Source: Octopus bimaculoides
Lineage: Eukaryota
DNA length: 64,000 bases
Direction: 5' to 3'
NCBI RefSeq assembly: GCF_001194135.2
Contig: NC_068993.1
Location: 4,062,843 to 4,126,842 of the forward strand
The notes beneath the pieces were generated by a model. The model saw only the letters and a program-made list of their open reading frames with translations, was not told the DNA's origin and did no database searches. Positions 1 through 14,049 of the stretch are shown here, piece after piece. Numbering within the stretch: position 1 is the stretch's first letter; each line of letters opens with the position of its first letter. A program made the position numbers and the translations under genes.

Positions 1-1525
1 GATAATAATCACTATCATATGCTTTTTCAGTGAGAGTGTTCTTCATTCTAAGTTAAAAAAATAACAATGTATGTGTGTTACTGGAATATATCAGCCTCAC
101 CTAGTTTGAACAGAAACAATAAACATTTTATTTTATTATATTTACTTCTTTTGTAAAACATTTTCTGACATTGGTGTTTAATTTTTATATTTTTCATTGT
201 GTTTATCTCACAACTTTATTTGCTTTCTGTTTTTTTTTCTTCTTTATTCCTTATTTCCAATCTTTGTATCGCATCGCCCTATTATTGACAATCTTTCATA
301 TCTTACCTTCTTCTATTATTATTTTCATCGTTGTTATTTTTATTATTCTCATTATCATTATTCTTTGGTATGGTTTTCTTTGTTGTTCTATGTATCACTT
401 TAGTTTTCTTAATATTTTTTTTTACCCACCTATCCACCCATTCCACCAATATATTGCTGTTTAGTTCTTAGTTCTCCTTTGATATTGTTTTAGCCATTGT
501 AGGAATTCTACTTTCCAATAGACTCCTAAGCATAATCATTTCTCATTCTATTCTTATTTCATAATAATCAGTTACATTGAAGAATAACAGTAAATCATTT
601 CACATAATTTATTTCATCATGCATGCTGCTTGCAAGTCTTCGGGGCGTGTATTCACCCATAAATCTTCACCATTAGTTATGTTCTCTTATACAACAGCAA
701 TGCTCACACAATTCCGAAACGGTGCAGCGGCTGCTACTTGTCCTCCAACTGCTAGTGCTACTTCTGATAATCGACATGCACAGCTATACACGCAAGTATC
801 GTAAACCACAGTAAATAAATATATATATGTGTGAGTTTGTTTGTAAATATATATGTAGGGAGACAGGTAGATAGATGGATGGAGACACACGGACACACAT
901 ATATATGTATGTTTGCATATGTGTATATATGTATGTATATAGATATATATGTTTGCAAGTACGTATGTATAAACATATATACAAGAAGCTATAAGGTGTT
1001 ATCCAGACACACAACTATGAATCGACTGCACGTCATGGCAAAAAAAAAACAGCCGTGAACTAATAAAGTTCAATAGAGTTCATAAGGTAATTGTTTATTC
1101 ATTTGTCATCTCATTTTCTCATATATGAACTTCATTTTCTTATATGCATTATATACATTTACATATACATGCATATATACATACATACAGACATATTTGA
1201 GTGTATGTGACTGTGTACATACACACATATACATACATATATATATAATTATAATATTATTATGTTTAAGAATCGAAACAATTGTATGTAATTTGTATTT
1301 AGTATTTGTTATTTACCATATTACGTTATATTATTATAAGAATAGGATATATTATAGTATTATGTTAATAAATTAAATTTTTTTTATTTTTGAACTAACA
1401 AATTTTATATATATATATATATCTTCATTTTCTAATCATTTTATATATACGTATGCATATATATGTACGTATGTATGTGTGTATGTATGTATGTATGTTT
1501 GTATGTATGTATGCATGTATGCATG

Positions 1526-1564
<39 letters not shown>

Positions 1565-1714
1565 CAAACATTAGCATGATCGTCACCACCACCACCATCA
1601 CAGGAACAAATATCTCTACTACTATTAATTGCACAAGGAACAATTAAAACTACACATCTAACGCGACCATTCTCCTTACAAACACAGTCACAGTCATTAT
1701 TACCACCATCACAG

Positions 1715-2226
1715 CTAGAGATAGATGGGAGAACACGTAAACTAATGACAATGAACAAGGTACTAAACCCCAAGAGTGATGTGTGAAGATTGTATGTAAA
1801 GAGGAAAGAAGGAAGACGGGGATTGGTGTGTTGTGAAGGTTGAGTAAGGGAAGAGGAGAATAACAAATTCCAGATGGCTCATTGATAAAAACACTGACTC
1901 GCCACAATGTAGGGTGTAGTCAGAGAAAGGAGAAAGAATAAGCCATATTGTTAGTGAATGCTGTAAGCTTGCACGACGCGAATATAAAAAGTGACATGAC
2001 GATGTGACCAGATGTGTCCAAACACAAGCCAGAAGGAGTAATAGAAAACAAACATTGCAAAATACTCAGTGATTTTAACATGCAGTGCGACCAAGTCATA
2101 GAGGTGAGACGACCAGATATCGTGCTCATCCATAAAGATGAAAAAGAAGTAATGATAATAGATGTTGCAATACCAGGTGATTCGAGGCTGAAATATAAGG
2201 AAACAGAAAAGATTGAGAAGTAGAAG
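1715..2226 (+). mobile_element. Decayed non-LTR retrotransposon, R4/Dong-like (RLE clade), 3' part with internal deletions
   Basis: Translations IDGRTRKLMTMNKVLNPKSDV*RLYVKRKEGRRGLV (post-RT region), QCRV*SEKGERISHIVSEC (decayed CCHC knuckle) and KHKPEGVIENKHCKILSDFNMQCDQVIEVRRPDIVLIHKDEKEVMIIDVAIPGD (PD..D restriction-like endonuclease). In-frame stops are present. Confidence 0.85.
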
Positions 2227-2231
2227 AATCC

Positions 2232-2872
2232 AGGAGATGGTTAATATATGGATTTTTAAAGAAAACAGAAGGACTGATTTTGCCGCTCAAAAAGCTTTTC
2301 GAACCAACTCAGTCAAGTATACCATTGATAAGACAGCGGGATCATATTCGTGTAGTTCATATGAAAAATCATCTGAGGCACACATATAAATTGTGGATGT
2401 TCAAGACTGGCTCAAAAAAAATACAAAAAACACCATAATAAAGTCCCTTTCCAACAAGTGGTGTGAGCACCGAGTTAAACCTATAGCAGAGAATGATCAA
2501 GTGAAACTCACATGAGATATGACAATCTAGACAGATAGGAATCTGAAACATAACCGGCTATATACCACTCTCTCGTGGAAGGAATCCAAAGAATGGTCCT
2601 ACATCAACATAGCAATCCCTGCAGACCAGAATATTGTGAAGACAGGAAAGGAGAAAGTCAAGAAGTACCAAGACCTAGCAGTGGAAGTGAAATGCATCCA
2701 TAGAGCCACAAACGTGAGCGTGGTACCTATTGCGATCGGTACATTTGAGACAATCTCAAAGAAAGCAATATCCTGGCATCAAAAGCTGCCAGTATCAAAC
2801 TTCATAGAAAGTCTTCAGTTGGCAGCGTTACTTGGAGCAGCTCATGTGTTGAGAAAAGTGTTGCGTCTCTAA
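2232..2872 (+). mobile_element. Second decayed R4/Dong-like LINE 3' end (RLE domain to stop codon)
   Basis: Remnants of KTEGLIFAAQ, then ENDQVKLT*DMTI*TDRNLKHNR and NIAIPADQNIVKTGKEKVKKYQDLAVEVKCIHRATNVSVVPIAIG...SLQLAALLGAAHVLRKVLRL*. Followed by trinucleotide repeats. Confidence 0.85.
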
Positions 2873-3161
2873 GCTGCGGAAAGAAGATGAAACGTGAGAT
2901 TGATAACTGAAGAGAAGAGAAAATATAAAGAATATCAACGAAGATAATGATACAATAATAATAGCAGAAGCAGTGGTAAAAGTTGTGTTAGTAGTAGTGA
3001 TAGTGGTGGGGGGTGCTGCTGGAGGTAGCAGTAGTAGCAGTAGTAGCAGCAGCAGCAGCAGCACTAGCGTTGACCATCACCACTACCACAGCAATCACCA
3101 CGATCACAACAATAACAATGGAAAAAATCATTAACTGCTACTACTACTGCTACTGCTGCAG

Positions 3162-3213
<52 letters not shown>

Positions 3214-4691
3214 CACTGTCATGCTTGTTGAAGAATCTCATCTGTCAGCCTTGTTCTGTTCCATATAATGTAGAAAATACCAAGAATATCTTAACTCTTC
3301 ATTAAATTAATTTCCTCATATTTTAACATTTCAGAATTTTGTAATTCGATCTCAGTATCTTCCAAACAACACAACTATTTTGAAAATGTTCAGAGCGAGC
3401 TCCACGTTTTCTTCAATAGACGTGCAACGCCCATAATGTTGTTATAACGATTGGTGAACAAAACAGGAATGTGTATGTACTTAAATAGATGTGCGATGCC
3501 TGTATTGGTCAACTAATATAAGACAACACGATGGATGTGTGCAACATAAACAAAACGGAAATATATACCAATAAAAATGTGTAATAAATGAAATATTGTC
3601 AATAATAGGGACAAGGAAGCAAATATTGAGAACATGGAATAAATAATAAAATGTCGGATAATCATACACACACATACACACATACACATACACTCACATG
3701 TATGTGTAAGCACAGAAGAATTAAACAGACAAGATTATTTTCAAAAACACAAGTAAAGATTTATTGTTACCGTTCAAACTAGGTTACATAGATTGATTGA
3801 TGCAAATCTACTTCAAGATAGATGTGTCTCTACTTCAATAGACTATCACTCCTCTTCCAACATCGGTCAACAATATTTATGTGTATATATTTTCATGGAC
3901 GTACGTATTCCACATTGGTCGGTCCATATTGGTTAAAAATAAAATATATTCTTATACAGATATAATTTTTTAGTAGATACACTTCGTCAATAATATAGGA
4001 ACCTATATACTTTTAGGGCATCGTCACATTCGTAAGCCAGCATTTGTGCCAATATATGGATATACATACTTCAATAGGAACACACCATCCATTAGCAGAA
4101 CCAAATACGCTTTAAAAGATATTTTTAGAAAGCGTTTAAACGGTGCGGTTTTTAACAGCGTCGCTCTAGCAAAACGTGGCAATAGCATAGAGCATGCAGT
4201 TTGATTTAGCTCTCCAATTGATATCCGAATCTGTTATCATGTTATATGGCCATTATCATCTTCATCACCATCACCAATATCATCGTCGTCGACGTCGTCA
4301 CCATCATTGTCGGCGTCGTCATCATCGTTGTCAACATCATCATCATAATCATCATCATCAATGGCATTATCACCAACATCATCATCATCGGCATCCTCTT
4401 CGTTCTCCTCCCAAATCTCCCCTTTCATCACTTCCTTCTCCTAATCACCATCACAGATTTATGTCCGCTTTTCCACCCCAGCATGTGTTATATAAGTTTT
4501 CTGGGGCACAGTTCTTATATCTGGTTGCCCTTCCTGACACGAAGGTCAGAAAAACCTTTCAAACGATACACCGCACGAAATACTTAACGACATTTCGTCC
4601 GTCTTTACGTTCTTTGTTCAATTTCCGCATAGGTAAACTTTACCTTTCATAATTTAGGGGTTGATAAAGTAAGTACCAGTCAATGTATCTT

Positions 4692-5345
4692 TTTTTAGTT
4701 GCTCTTCTTTCAACCAAGCTTAGCTCTTTGTTCCACAATCATCCTCACTGGCTTTCTAAAAGTGACCAGTCAAAAGTTTCTCATCAACCTGTTTAACATG
4801 ATCTCTTTCAATTTTGTTCTTGTCCTTTTCTGCTATTCCACACTTGATTCACACAGAGACCTATTTCTCTGCTCAACACTATGCTGAAAATATACTAGTA
4901 GGATTTTTCTTTCCATCTATACACACTCTCCACTGCAATTACGTCGGTTCCAACTTGGTCTCTCTTCACGTACCACCGTTTAATATCATCTTTCGGACGA
5001 TGAGCTCCACACATAGACAACAGCTTTCTAGATTCTCAACCAAGTTCCTCCATTTCACCTTTTGTGCAATCCACAATTCCTGCTCCTTATCTGAAAACCG
5101 TCGCTGCTCTTGAATCTATCCCTTTAATAACATTTTTCGAATTCAACCTTGACTGTTATACTTTCCTCGATCTCCTTGTATACTCCCTATTTCTAAATTG
5201 CTTCATCACTTCATGTTTTATTTCATCTGCTTTCGGTCTTCTCGAATACTTGTACAACTCTCCTCTCTCAACTGCTCTCACTGATTGTCCATTTGGAGTT
5301 TCAATTCCTTCACTCCTTCAAATCTTCTTCGTTCCATTATAAATA
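4692..5345 (-). mobile_element. Third decayed R4/Dong-like LINE fragment (RT C-terminal/thumb region)
   Basis: Minus-strand translation IETPNGQSVRAVERGELYKY...KADEIKHEVMKQFRNREYTRRSRKV*QSRLNSKNVIKGIDSRAATVFR*GAGIVDCTKGEMEELG*ESRKLLSMCGAHRPKDDIKRWYVKR, and later EKLLTGHF...AWLKE. Confidence 0.8.
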
Positions 5346-5457
5346 TAGCGCACTTTTCAATCCCGAATTCCATACCTACAAGGCATAAGATAACGCGAAC
5401 AATATGTACAAGACTTTCTAATCGAGCTGTTTCTCATTTTTCGTACAGCGCTTTATA

Positions 5458-5483
5458 ACAGCAGCAGCAGCAGCAGCAACAGC

Positions 5484-5556
<73 letters not shown>
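5458..5556. repeat. Compound (CAG)n-(AGT)n microsatellite
   Basis: Directly visible. Confidence 0.95.
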
Positions 5557-7784
5557 TACGATGCGAAATATTATCTTAGTATTTGGTTACACCTGCATTC
5601 TGAGCTCAGATATGACTGCTAATCGACTTTACTTTTTACCTCTTCAGTGCCAATAAAATACATTCTAATAATGCTCTCATGTAGATTCTATCGGATCTAC
5701 TTCATATTTTAACATTTGGTGCATGAAGTCGTTATTGTCTTTATGCCATATATCATAACTTAGCATTGTTGAAGAATTATAAAATTTAATTTATTTCACT
5801 AATGTTTGTTAAAAACAGATAAAGAGAGACCGGTTGCAAGCAGTGAAGCAACAGGCTTAAGATTCAAGTATTTATTTCGTTGCAGCAGCGAATATATAAG
5901 TTTATATTAACAAGTAATATATAATAATGAACGGCTTTATAATCAATGTGTTTGGTTCAATATATTGAAAACAGATAATTTGGTTTCCATCGATGATTTT
6001 ATCTTTCTATTTTGCAGAAAGAATCATTGTTCTTCCATAATGGAAAATGTATTCTGAAAGTCTGGAATGCAAGGTTGGTCACTTGTGCAGTACCAAGCTA
6101 TGCATTGAATGAAATTCCTTGACTTTTGGAATTGTATGATAATATACTTAGAGGTTTATTCAACTGAACTAGAACGGTAGAATGTGAAATTTATCTTAAT
6201 ATTGCATCAATCAGTTTGGTAATAAATATAGTTAAGAAGCGCTGGAACCAGCTTCATTCTTATGTTAGGACTTATCCCCTTGGTTTACAGGAATTTAAAT
6301 CTGGCTTATCTTCAATGTTGCACGAGTTCTTCTACATGAATAAGTCAATAAAATTGAAAATCGTTTGGCTATTTATTTGAACAAGGTGAATCGCCATTCT
6401 GCAGAGAGGTCTCGCTGTAATGGCCTCTTTATTTATTCTCATTACCTATTCAGAGTTGAAAGTTCAGCTTTAAGTAACTGGATAGTCATTGTATAAAGTT
6501 GACTTCTTAATATAACGAGAACTTTTGTTTGGATTCAAAGATCACGGACTGTATAATTCATGATAAAAGAAATATCATATTTTATTGTTTACCCGTTTAA
6601 TAGTTTGGGGAAATACGTGGTCTATTATGTAAATAAACTAATGAAATATTCTCTTAGATATATATCTATGAAGACTAAGATTATTCCCTTAAGAAATTTA
6701 TAACACAAAGAACCACAATCTGTTAGTGAAATCACTGATGTTATCCATTATATTGCTGTCCGTATAACAGTGCTCCTTAAAACAGATTTCTGTTCAACGT
6801 CATGATCCCTTAAACTCATTCAATGGAGACGACTGTATAAAGGTGACACGAGATTATCTTTATACGAGTGTTTTAATCTGATGAGGATTTACAAAGCCCA
6901 AAACGACAGAGTATGTATATTTTAAAATGTAAATAACATGCTGCTATAGGATAACGTTTATTGATTGGCAAAACAAAATCATAAAAATCTAAAGAAAGTA
7001 AAGCAAATTCATTTACAGAAAGCTGAAAAGACAACTTGTAAACCCAATATATACTTCACTGTATCATGTCTGTTATCACTAAAAAATACGCAAACGGTGA
7101 TCATTCTCCAGTTTCCAGTAAATAACAAGGACTTTTGTTAATGCATTTAATTCTATCCGTAGCTAAAATATTTCAATCTCCATGTTCCCGTATAGATAGG
7201 TGTAAGCAGTTACTAAATATATGTGAAGCTCAATCATTGTCAATAGTAGGAAACTTGAAGTTTAATGAAAGTGTTTAGACATCAATGACTCATTATTGCT
7301 CTCTTACTACAATCAACAACATCCAACTTAGTTGCTGAAGAAAGTCTGAAAAGGACATAATGATTGTTTTAACTAACTCAAACTAATAGACACAAAAGTA
7401 TCCACCTTTGTAGATACATGAAATAGAATAGACATGACTTTATTGTTTGAATCACATCCTTCGTTGAAACTGTTTCCATCATTTAAGCTACTATCGCCTT
7501 TCAGAAAAGAATAAACATCACAATATAATTTCTGCTGAAGCCTTAATAAAATGATTTTATGAATAAAATATATTCTAGCAGCTTCAGTACTACGACTTGT
7601 GTGTATGTTAATGTGTGACACCATGTTTGCATGTCTGGCTGTGATGTGTATATTTTCCCTATATATACCTGTATATGTGTGTGATAGGCACTCACGTAGT
7701 TCTTTCGATGTAATTTTGTAAGAGTGTGTATGTGCATGGGTACATACATTACATAAATCTATACATAACATCCATACACACACA

Positions 7785-7833
<49 letters not shown>

Positions 7834-8472
7834 ATTTAGATCTAGATTTATAAATATATGTGTAGATATATATGTATGTGTGCGTTTGTATTTATGTGCG
7901 TATGTATGATCATGCGTACGTTGTTATGTAGTTCGTGCGTACGTTACGTGAACATAAGTCCATTCGGAACATAGCAACATAGAAACCAACAGCTTACTGT
8001 CGTGATAAATGCAGGCACATGAAATTATTAATAAGGCAGCAAGGAAATAAGATAAGAAATTGAATTAAATACGGAATAGTTGCAAGTCAAGCAACTTTAA
8101 CCTGATTCAGAATAGTAGATGAAATATTAACATAATGAATAAATCTGAAAGTTCAAATCCTTTTGAGAGAGGTGGGAGGTTGTTGATGGCTTCAGTGTGG
8201 TGGAGGACAGACTCTGAGGTTGGTGTGGAATCTGTGAAAGAATATATAAATATGATTGAATATGATCAATTTGAATAGAAACAGATTATTTGTTAGTAGC
8301 CTTTGGGCAAAACAAATAAATAAACAACAATAACAACAATAAAAATAATGCTGCCAATAAATTAGAAAAAAAAATGCTTTGCCAATTCTTCAAATTGTTT
8401 CTGCTGCTTTTCAAACAGAATTATTTAAGATAGGGTAGAAAGAATAAAATAATAATTAAAGTATTGAAATGA

Positions 8473-8507
<35 letters not shown>

Positions 8508-9979
8508 NNNNNNNNNNNNNNNNNNNNNNNNNNNNNNNNNNNNNNNNNNNNNNNNNNNNNNNNNNNNNNNNNNNNNNNNNNNNNNNNNNNNNNNNNNNNN
8601 NNNNNNNNNNNNNNNNNNNNNNNNNNNNNNNNNNNNNNNNNNNNNNNNNNNNNNNNNNNNNNNNNNNNNNNNNNNNNNNNNNNNNNNNNNNNNNNNNNNN
8701 NNNNNNNNNNNNNNNNNNNNNNNNNNNNNNNNNNNNNNNNNNNNNNNNNNNNNNNNNNNNNNNNNNNNNNNNNNNNNNNNNNNNNNNNNNNNNNNNNNNN
8801 NNNNNNNNNNNNNNNNNNNNNNNNNNNNNNNNNNNNNNNNNNNNNNNNNNNNNNNNNNNNNNNNNNNNNNNNNNNNNNNNNNNNTGTTAAAAGAACGAAA
8901 AGTAAAATCATATGTGCAATGTTTCAGTCATGACATGGTTTTATTGGTTTATGCGAATCCGAATGAAGAATGAGGAATTTCTTGGAGAAAATTGTATAGT
9001 GAAGATAGCGGGAAGCAGAAGAGAGGAGGGTAAGGGTGGAAATGATTTCACTAATAACATTTCTATATGTATGATGCATATGCATGCACATACAAAAGTA
9101 AATAGCCACACATGCATATACACACACATGAACATATATAAAAATATATACCCATGTACATATAGATATGTATGCATGTATGTATGTATGTATGTATGTA
9201 TGTATGTATCTATGTATGTGTATACAGGTATACATGTTTTCTGTCAAACGCTTCATTGCTCACAATATTAAGAAAGAACTTTCCCAGCAAGTATTAAGTC
9301 TGGTGTTCCCTAAGGGGGTTAGATATATTTACAAAATATTCCTTATTTATATCAATAACTTTCTTCGTGTTTCTTCCATTCTAACTTAACCATATACAAA
9401 TTGCAAACCTACGTAAATTTGAACATACAAGGACTCAGACATCTCGTAGCCAACATTTATTCTAACCATAAACAAAGATTTTGAAAATATCTTGCATCTA
9501 AAACATGGTTGTCTAGTTTCATTACATAACAGCCAAAGACATGCAACACATTAAATGAAGTTTACATTTAAGTCGTTGTCATTTCAGATCCATTAATATA
9601 TCATAATGAAAAGCATGAAGATATATTAGGAATATTTTTCACTTTAATCAAAGTCTAAAGATTAACATATGTGCAAAACATAATGAAAACTGTTTGTTAT
9701 TCTTTTAATCTCAAACAAAACAGTAACTGAAGTGATATTCAAAAAGCTGCAAGAATTGCAACAACCACTGCATGTATATATATATATATACATACATATA
9801 CATACATGTAAGCCCATACACACACATATAAAGCGAGAGAAAGAGTGAGAGAGAGAGAGCGTGAGAAATGGATAGATAGATGGATGAATAGATAGACATA
9901 CACAAACATGCATATGTATGTAGATATCTGTATTATGCTAGCGTATCGAGTATACCTAAGTAGGTACATTGCTTGTACA

Positions 9980-9985
<6 letters not shown>

Positions 9986-10070
<85 letters not shown>
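9986..10070. repeat. (TA)n microsatellite, representative of dozens in the window
   Basis: Directly visible. Similar tracts near 7788, 16746, 17415, 30466, 43631 and 63294. Confidence 0.95.
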
Positions 10071-10071
<1 letters not shown>

Positions 10072-11380
10072 GTGTGTGTATACAGACAGACATCCGTACA
10101 TACCACGCTAAGTTAGAATACTTAGAATGGCGTTATAATGCCTACGGTAAAAATTTACACAATTAAACAACTGAGAAACAACAGATGCATATGGAGAAAA
10201 TCCCGAGTTGAAACAGTTCCGGATGATTACACCTCTAGATGGCCGCTTACTTGAGTGTGTCTGTCTTCAGCAGACTTTCGGAAGTAAGAAACAACAGCAA
10301 TGAATATATTGGTGCTGGTGCTCCAGTATAGCCTCAAGTCAAGGAATGAAACAAGTAAAAGATAAAAGTTTTTTAAAATGTGCGTTCGTTATGTGCGCTA
10401 GATGTCACCAATGAAACTTGATCGGGTTGAAGGCTTTTAGTATCTCGAGAGATCCCAGTTGTTCTATACAGAAATATATTCTCAAGGTATATATTTAGAC
10501 ACAGGTAACTATGTTTCAGAGGAGAGCCCAATAAAAACATACTTAAGTTTGTCCACCACAGTTCGGAATATTGTCGAACTAATACATTTTGCTTTAAAAG
10601 TCTGCTAACTATCAATTCGGAATCGGTAAAGCTAAACATGGTCTACTACACTACTACACTTCCTTCAGCTTTTATGAATGTATTAGTACTCTAAAATTGT
10701 AGCAGTACATGGAATATTTCCGAGATCCACTACAGTTTAAATTAAATGAATTACAATAAATCAAATTGATGGTTCCATTAAAATGGCGGACATCATTTTT
10801 ATCCGATTCTTATTAATAGACTCACCATTATATTTTTCTGTTTCGAAGAACTAAACTCGCTATACCATAATTGGGTGTAATAATTATTTCTCATAAATAA
10901 GATCGCTTGAACGAATCAGATTATTACCAATATATTGTAGACATAGTAATTTTAACCCTACCCATTAAATCGAATCAAAATTCTTAAACAAATTAGAAAG
11001 ATTTTACTATGTACAGTTTCTGCTTTAACTGTGTGCTGTTAAGCAAATCTGTAGCACAAATAACAAGTTTAAATTAATAGATACATTTTGAACGACAGAC
11101 TAGAAAGAAAACCTTACATTATAGTGTTGGTGTATCTGGAGAGACTATTCTACCTTAGCTGTTTAAGTAACAATTATATAAGTAGATTCTCGTGATGTTG
11201 TAAGTTCCAAAGATTCATAATATTAGCAATAATTCGAAATGGAATCAGAATCTATACAGAAACCTACTCAAATTTTCCATATAATTTTCCATTTTTTTCT
11301 AAGGTTAATATTGTAAATGTCTCAGACACACAATTTTGCAGTTTAATAGCAAAATTTAGATAAAATCATAACAAGAATAA

Positions 11381-11590
11381 AGTGGTGAGCTGGCTGAGTC
11401 TTTCGTACGTTGGACAAAAAATTGAGCGGTATTTCTTGAGATCCAATTTGCTTCTCATTCCTTCTGGGTCGATAAAGTAAAGTTCTGGTAAGTACTGGAG
11501 TCGATGTGATCGATTTGTGACCACTCCACCTCAAGAAAAGAAAAAGAAAAAATGCTGGCCTTGAACTCTGCAATGGAACAGTGTCGCGTT
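11381..11590 (+). mobile_element. tRNA-derived SINE family A (GGCGGYGAGCTGGCAGA head), diverged copy
   Basis: GTGGTGAGCTGGCTGAGTC head and CTTCTGGGTCGATAAAGTAA...GTACTGGAGTCGATGTGATCGA body align with the better copies at 59177 and 59461. Confidence 0.75.
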
Positions 11591-12158
11591 CTGAAGAACG
11601 TTGTGATTTCAATCACACCATAGGAGTCCTAGTGCCCAAGAAATACAAAAACTAAAATTAGACCTACTAGATCCGTAACTTGCGCAAACTCAGAGAAGCT
11701 CATAGTGATGTCAAAACAGCTAATTATGGAATTACAGGACCAGTATTTGTTTTTTTTTAAATAAAGAAGTCTTACTTATTATTCTTTTTGAGCCGTTAAC
11801 ATAACTGCTATGCGGGGTGAATTTTCTAGTAAAAATTAACGTCCATATTTAATATAGATTGGGAAATATGGAGACGTAGTAATTAGAAATATCAAACTGC
11901 AGGACGTAAGTATTCGATTTCTTAGGGAGAGTGTAGAAGCGAGTGATGACAGCACTCTTCCGGACGGAATGTTTAACCTTTCTATGAGGATAATCCGGTC
12001 TTTCATGCATTTACTAATGCGCTCCAGAACAGAGTTAGTGTCGAAAATAAGCCTAATAGAAGGTTTATTAGAAAAGTCGGGCCTTCAATGTAAAGTCAGG
12101 CGTCGAAGGGTGTAGTTACAGTTCGATCGAATAATTAAAGGTAAACATACACACATAC

Positions 12159-12233
<75 letters not shown>
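12159..12233. repeat. (GATA)n microsatellite
   Basis: Directly visible. Others near 31262, 38411, 42284 and 43780. Confidence 0.95.
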
Positions 12234-12234
<1 letters not shown>

Positions 12235-13947
12235 TGCAACTAGAGATAATGAATATGTATAAAGACGATAGGAGATTCAAACTTGAAGCTGAAAATGCTT
12301 TAAAAGTTTCTGTCACTTGTCCTTGTTTGGAAACAAGATGGATGAAGAAGAAAATAACAGAAAAGAGTAAAGAAAAAGCACAGGGCCGAGGAAATATATN
12401 NNNNNNNNNNNNNNNNNNNNNNNNNNNNNNNNNNNNNNNNNNNNNNNNNNNNNNNNNNNNNNNNNNNNNNNNNNNNNNNNNNNNNNNNNNNNNNNNNNNN
12501 NNNNNNNNNNNNNNNNNNNNATATAAATATAAAGATATAAAATGAGAGAGAAAGGGAGAGAACGGGGAATGAGTCAGAGAATAACTTAGATGCTAAATCA
12601 CACGGACATCATCTGTCAACCTTATTTTATTTTAAATCCTTATTTCCTTATATTATTAGTGGCCGCAGCAAAAGCGTAATAACAAAATATGAAGCTGGAG
12701 ATAATCAAAACATACTTTGAGGAAAGATCTGCTTTGTGAAGTTTCGCGACCTCTTAACTCTGTTTTGATTTAATAATAATTTATAATGTCACAATTATAA
12801 GACTCTCAGTTTCAAGCTTGAATGATAGCCAAGTTAAACTGATGTTTTACCGGTTGCATTCAGAAGTTCAAACCATCGCTATAGCTGACGACTTTCTTAT
12901 TTTCATAATTTTCATAAAAATCAAATTAGTTCCAAAGTTTCAAAACCTTCATTCAAAGAGTGCGTAAAATGTGATATGTAAATAGTAGCTTCAATTTAGT
13001 CTTTTTTTTTCAAAGAACAAAGAGCAAAGATAAATTTTAAAGGACCAGTAAGGCCTTGTTTGTAAAAATTTTGGGACCTGGGTTTACAACCCTTAAGCAA
13101 ATTTCGTTCCCCAGCCAGTGTATATAAATGAACGAAGGTAAACGTCCAGAATAATCATCTCGTGCAGACGACAATTGCTAAAATGCAGAGTCGTCAGTAC
13201 CGGCGAACGGTACAGTTGTATAACGTTACATTTCATCTGATTCTTCGCATCCTGATTTCAAATGGCGCTAAGGTAAACATTGCCTTTCTTCCTTCTCGGG
13301 TTGATAAAATAAATTACCAGCCAGAGGCTGATGGATTCGACTAACTCCTCCCATGAAAACTATATCTGGCCCTTCTGCCTCAATTAGATACCATTAAGTG
13401 TGTCAAGCTCACAGTCCGTCGTTACATAATCAAGAAAAAATGCCTTGTGCTGTTAGCTCTGAATCTTTCTCACTTCGAATCCTATCACGGAGAAATTTGC
13501 CTTTCCATTTGTTTACGGTCGATAGATAAAGTAACTGGCAGACACTTCCTTCTTTGGCCAAGCCCTCTTTTTCAAGTTTCACTTGAAAAAGAAAGTGAGG
13601 ATAGCGAGGGGAGTGCTGCCTCCCAGCAATTTTCTTAAAAGTTAGGTGGATGTTGTAAGAATCCTATTCTAAGCACGTGCCTGTAAGTTGAAGGAGGATG
13701 ATGTGAAGAGAGCACTAGTCATAATGCTCAGAGTGACAGTGGTTTTGTGAGGTCACTACGAGCAACTCTAGGAAGTATTCCTTTCTTGGGAAAGTTTCCA
13801 TTGTTAAATTTTATTACTATCATTTTCATTGTTTACACATTTCATTTAATGTAACCCCATATTGTATTGTCATGTATCGTTCCCAGTGTCTTTTGTGAAC
13901 CCTTAGTGATTAATAAAGAAAATACTATCCTTGTTCTTATTCTTATT

Positions 13948-14049
<102 letters not shown>

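Noticed and set aside
4194-4652. His/Arg-rich 152-aa ORF, and similar ORFs at 46521-46985 and 41268-41780
   Set aside because: Decayed (CAT/CGT/CAC)n trinucleotide tracts that read open in several frames at once.
6017-6910. Plus-strand exon-like segments (6017-6073, 6291-6385, 6786-6842)
   Set aside because: The acceptors look reasonable, but frames contain stops or are phase-incompatible, and no homology was recognised.
6878-6915. CTGATGAGG...CCCAAAACGAC hammerhead-like string
   Set aside because: GAAA is replaced by AAAA or CAAA, and no stem I pairing forms.
7308-10633. Minus-strand exon candidates (7308-7345, about 7408-7540, terminal-like segment ending 8231, about 10547-10633)
   Set aside because: Each has only one good splice site or is very short, the phases do not chain, and they are expected by chance.
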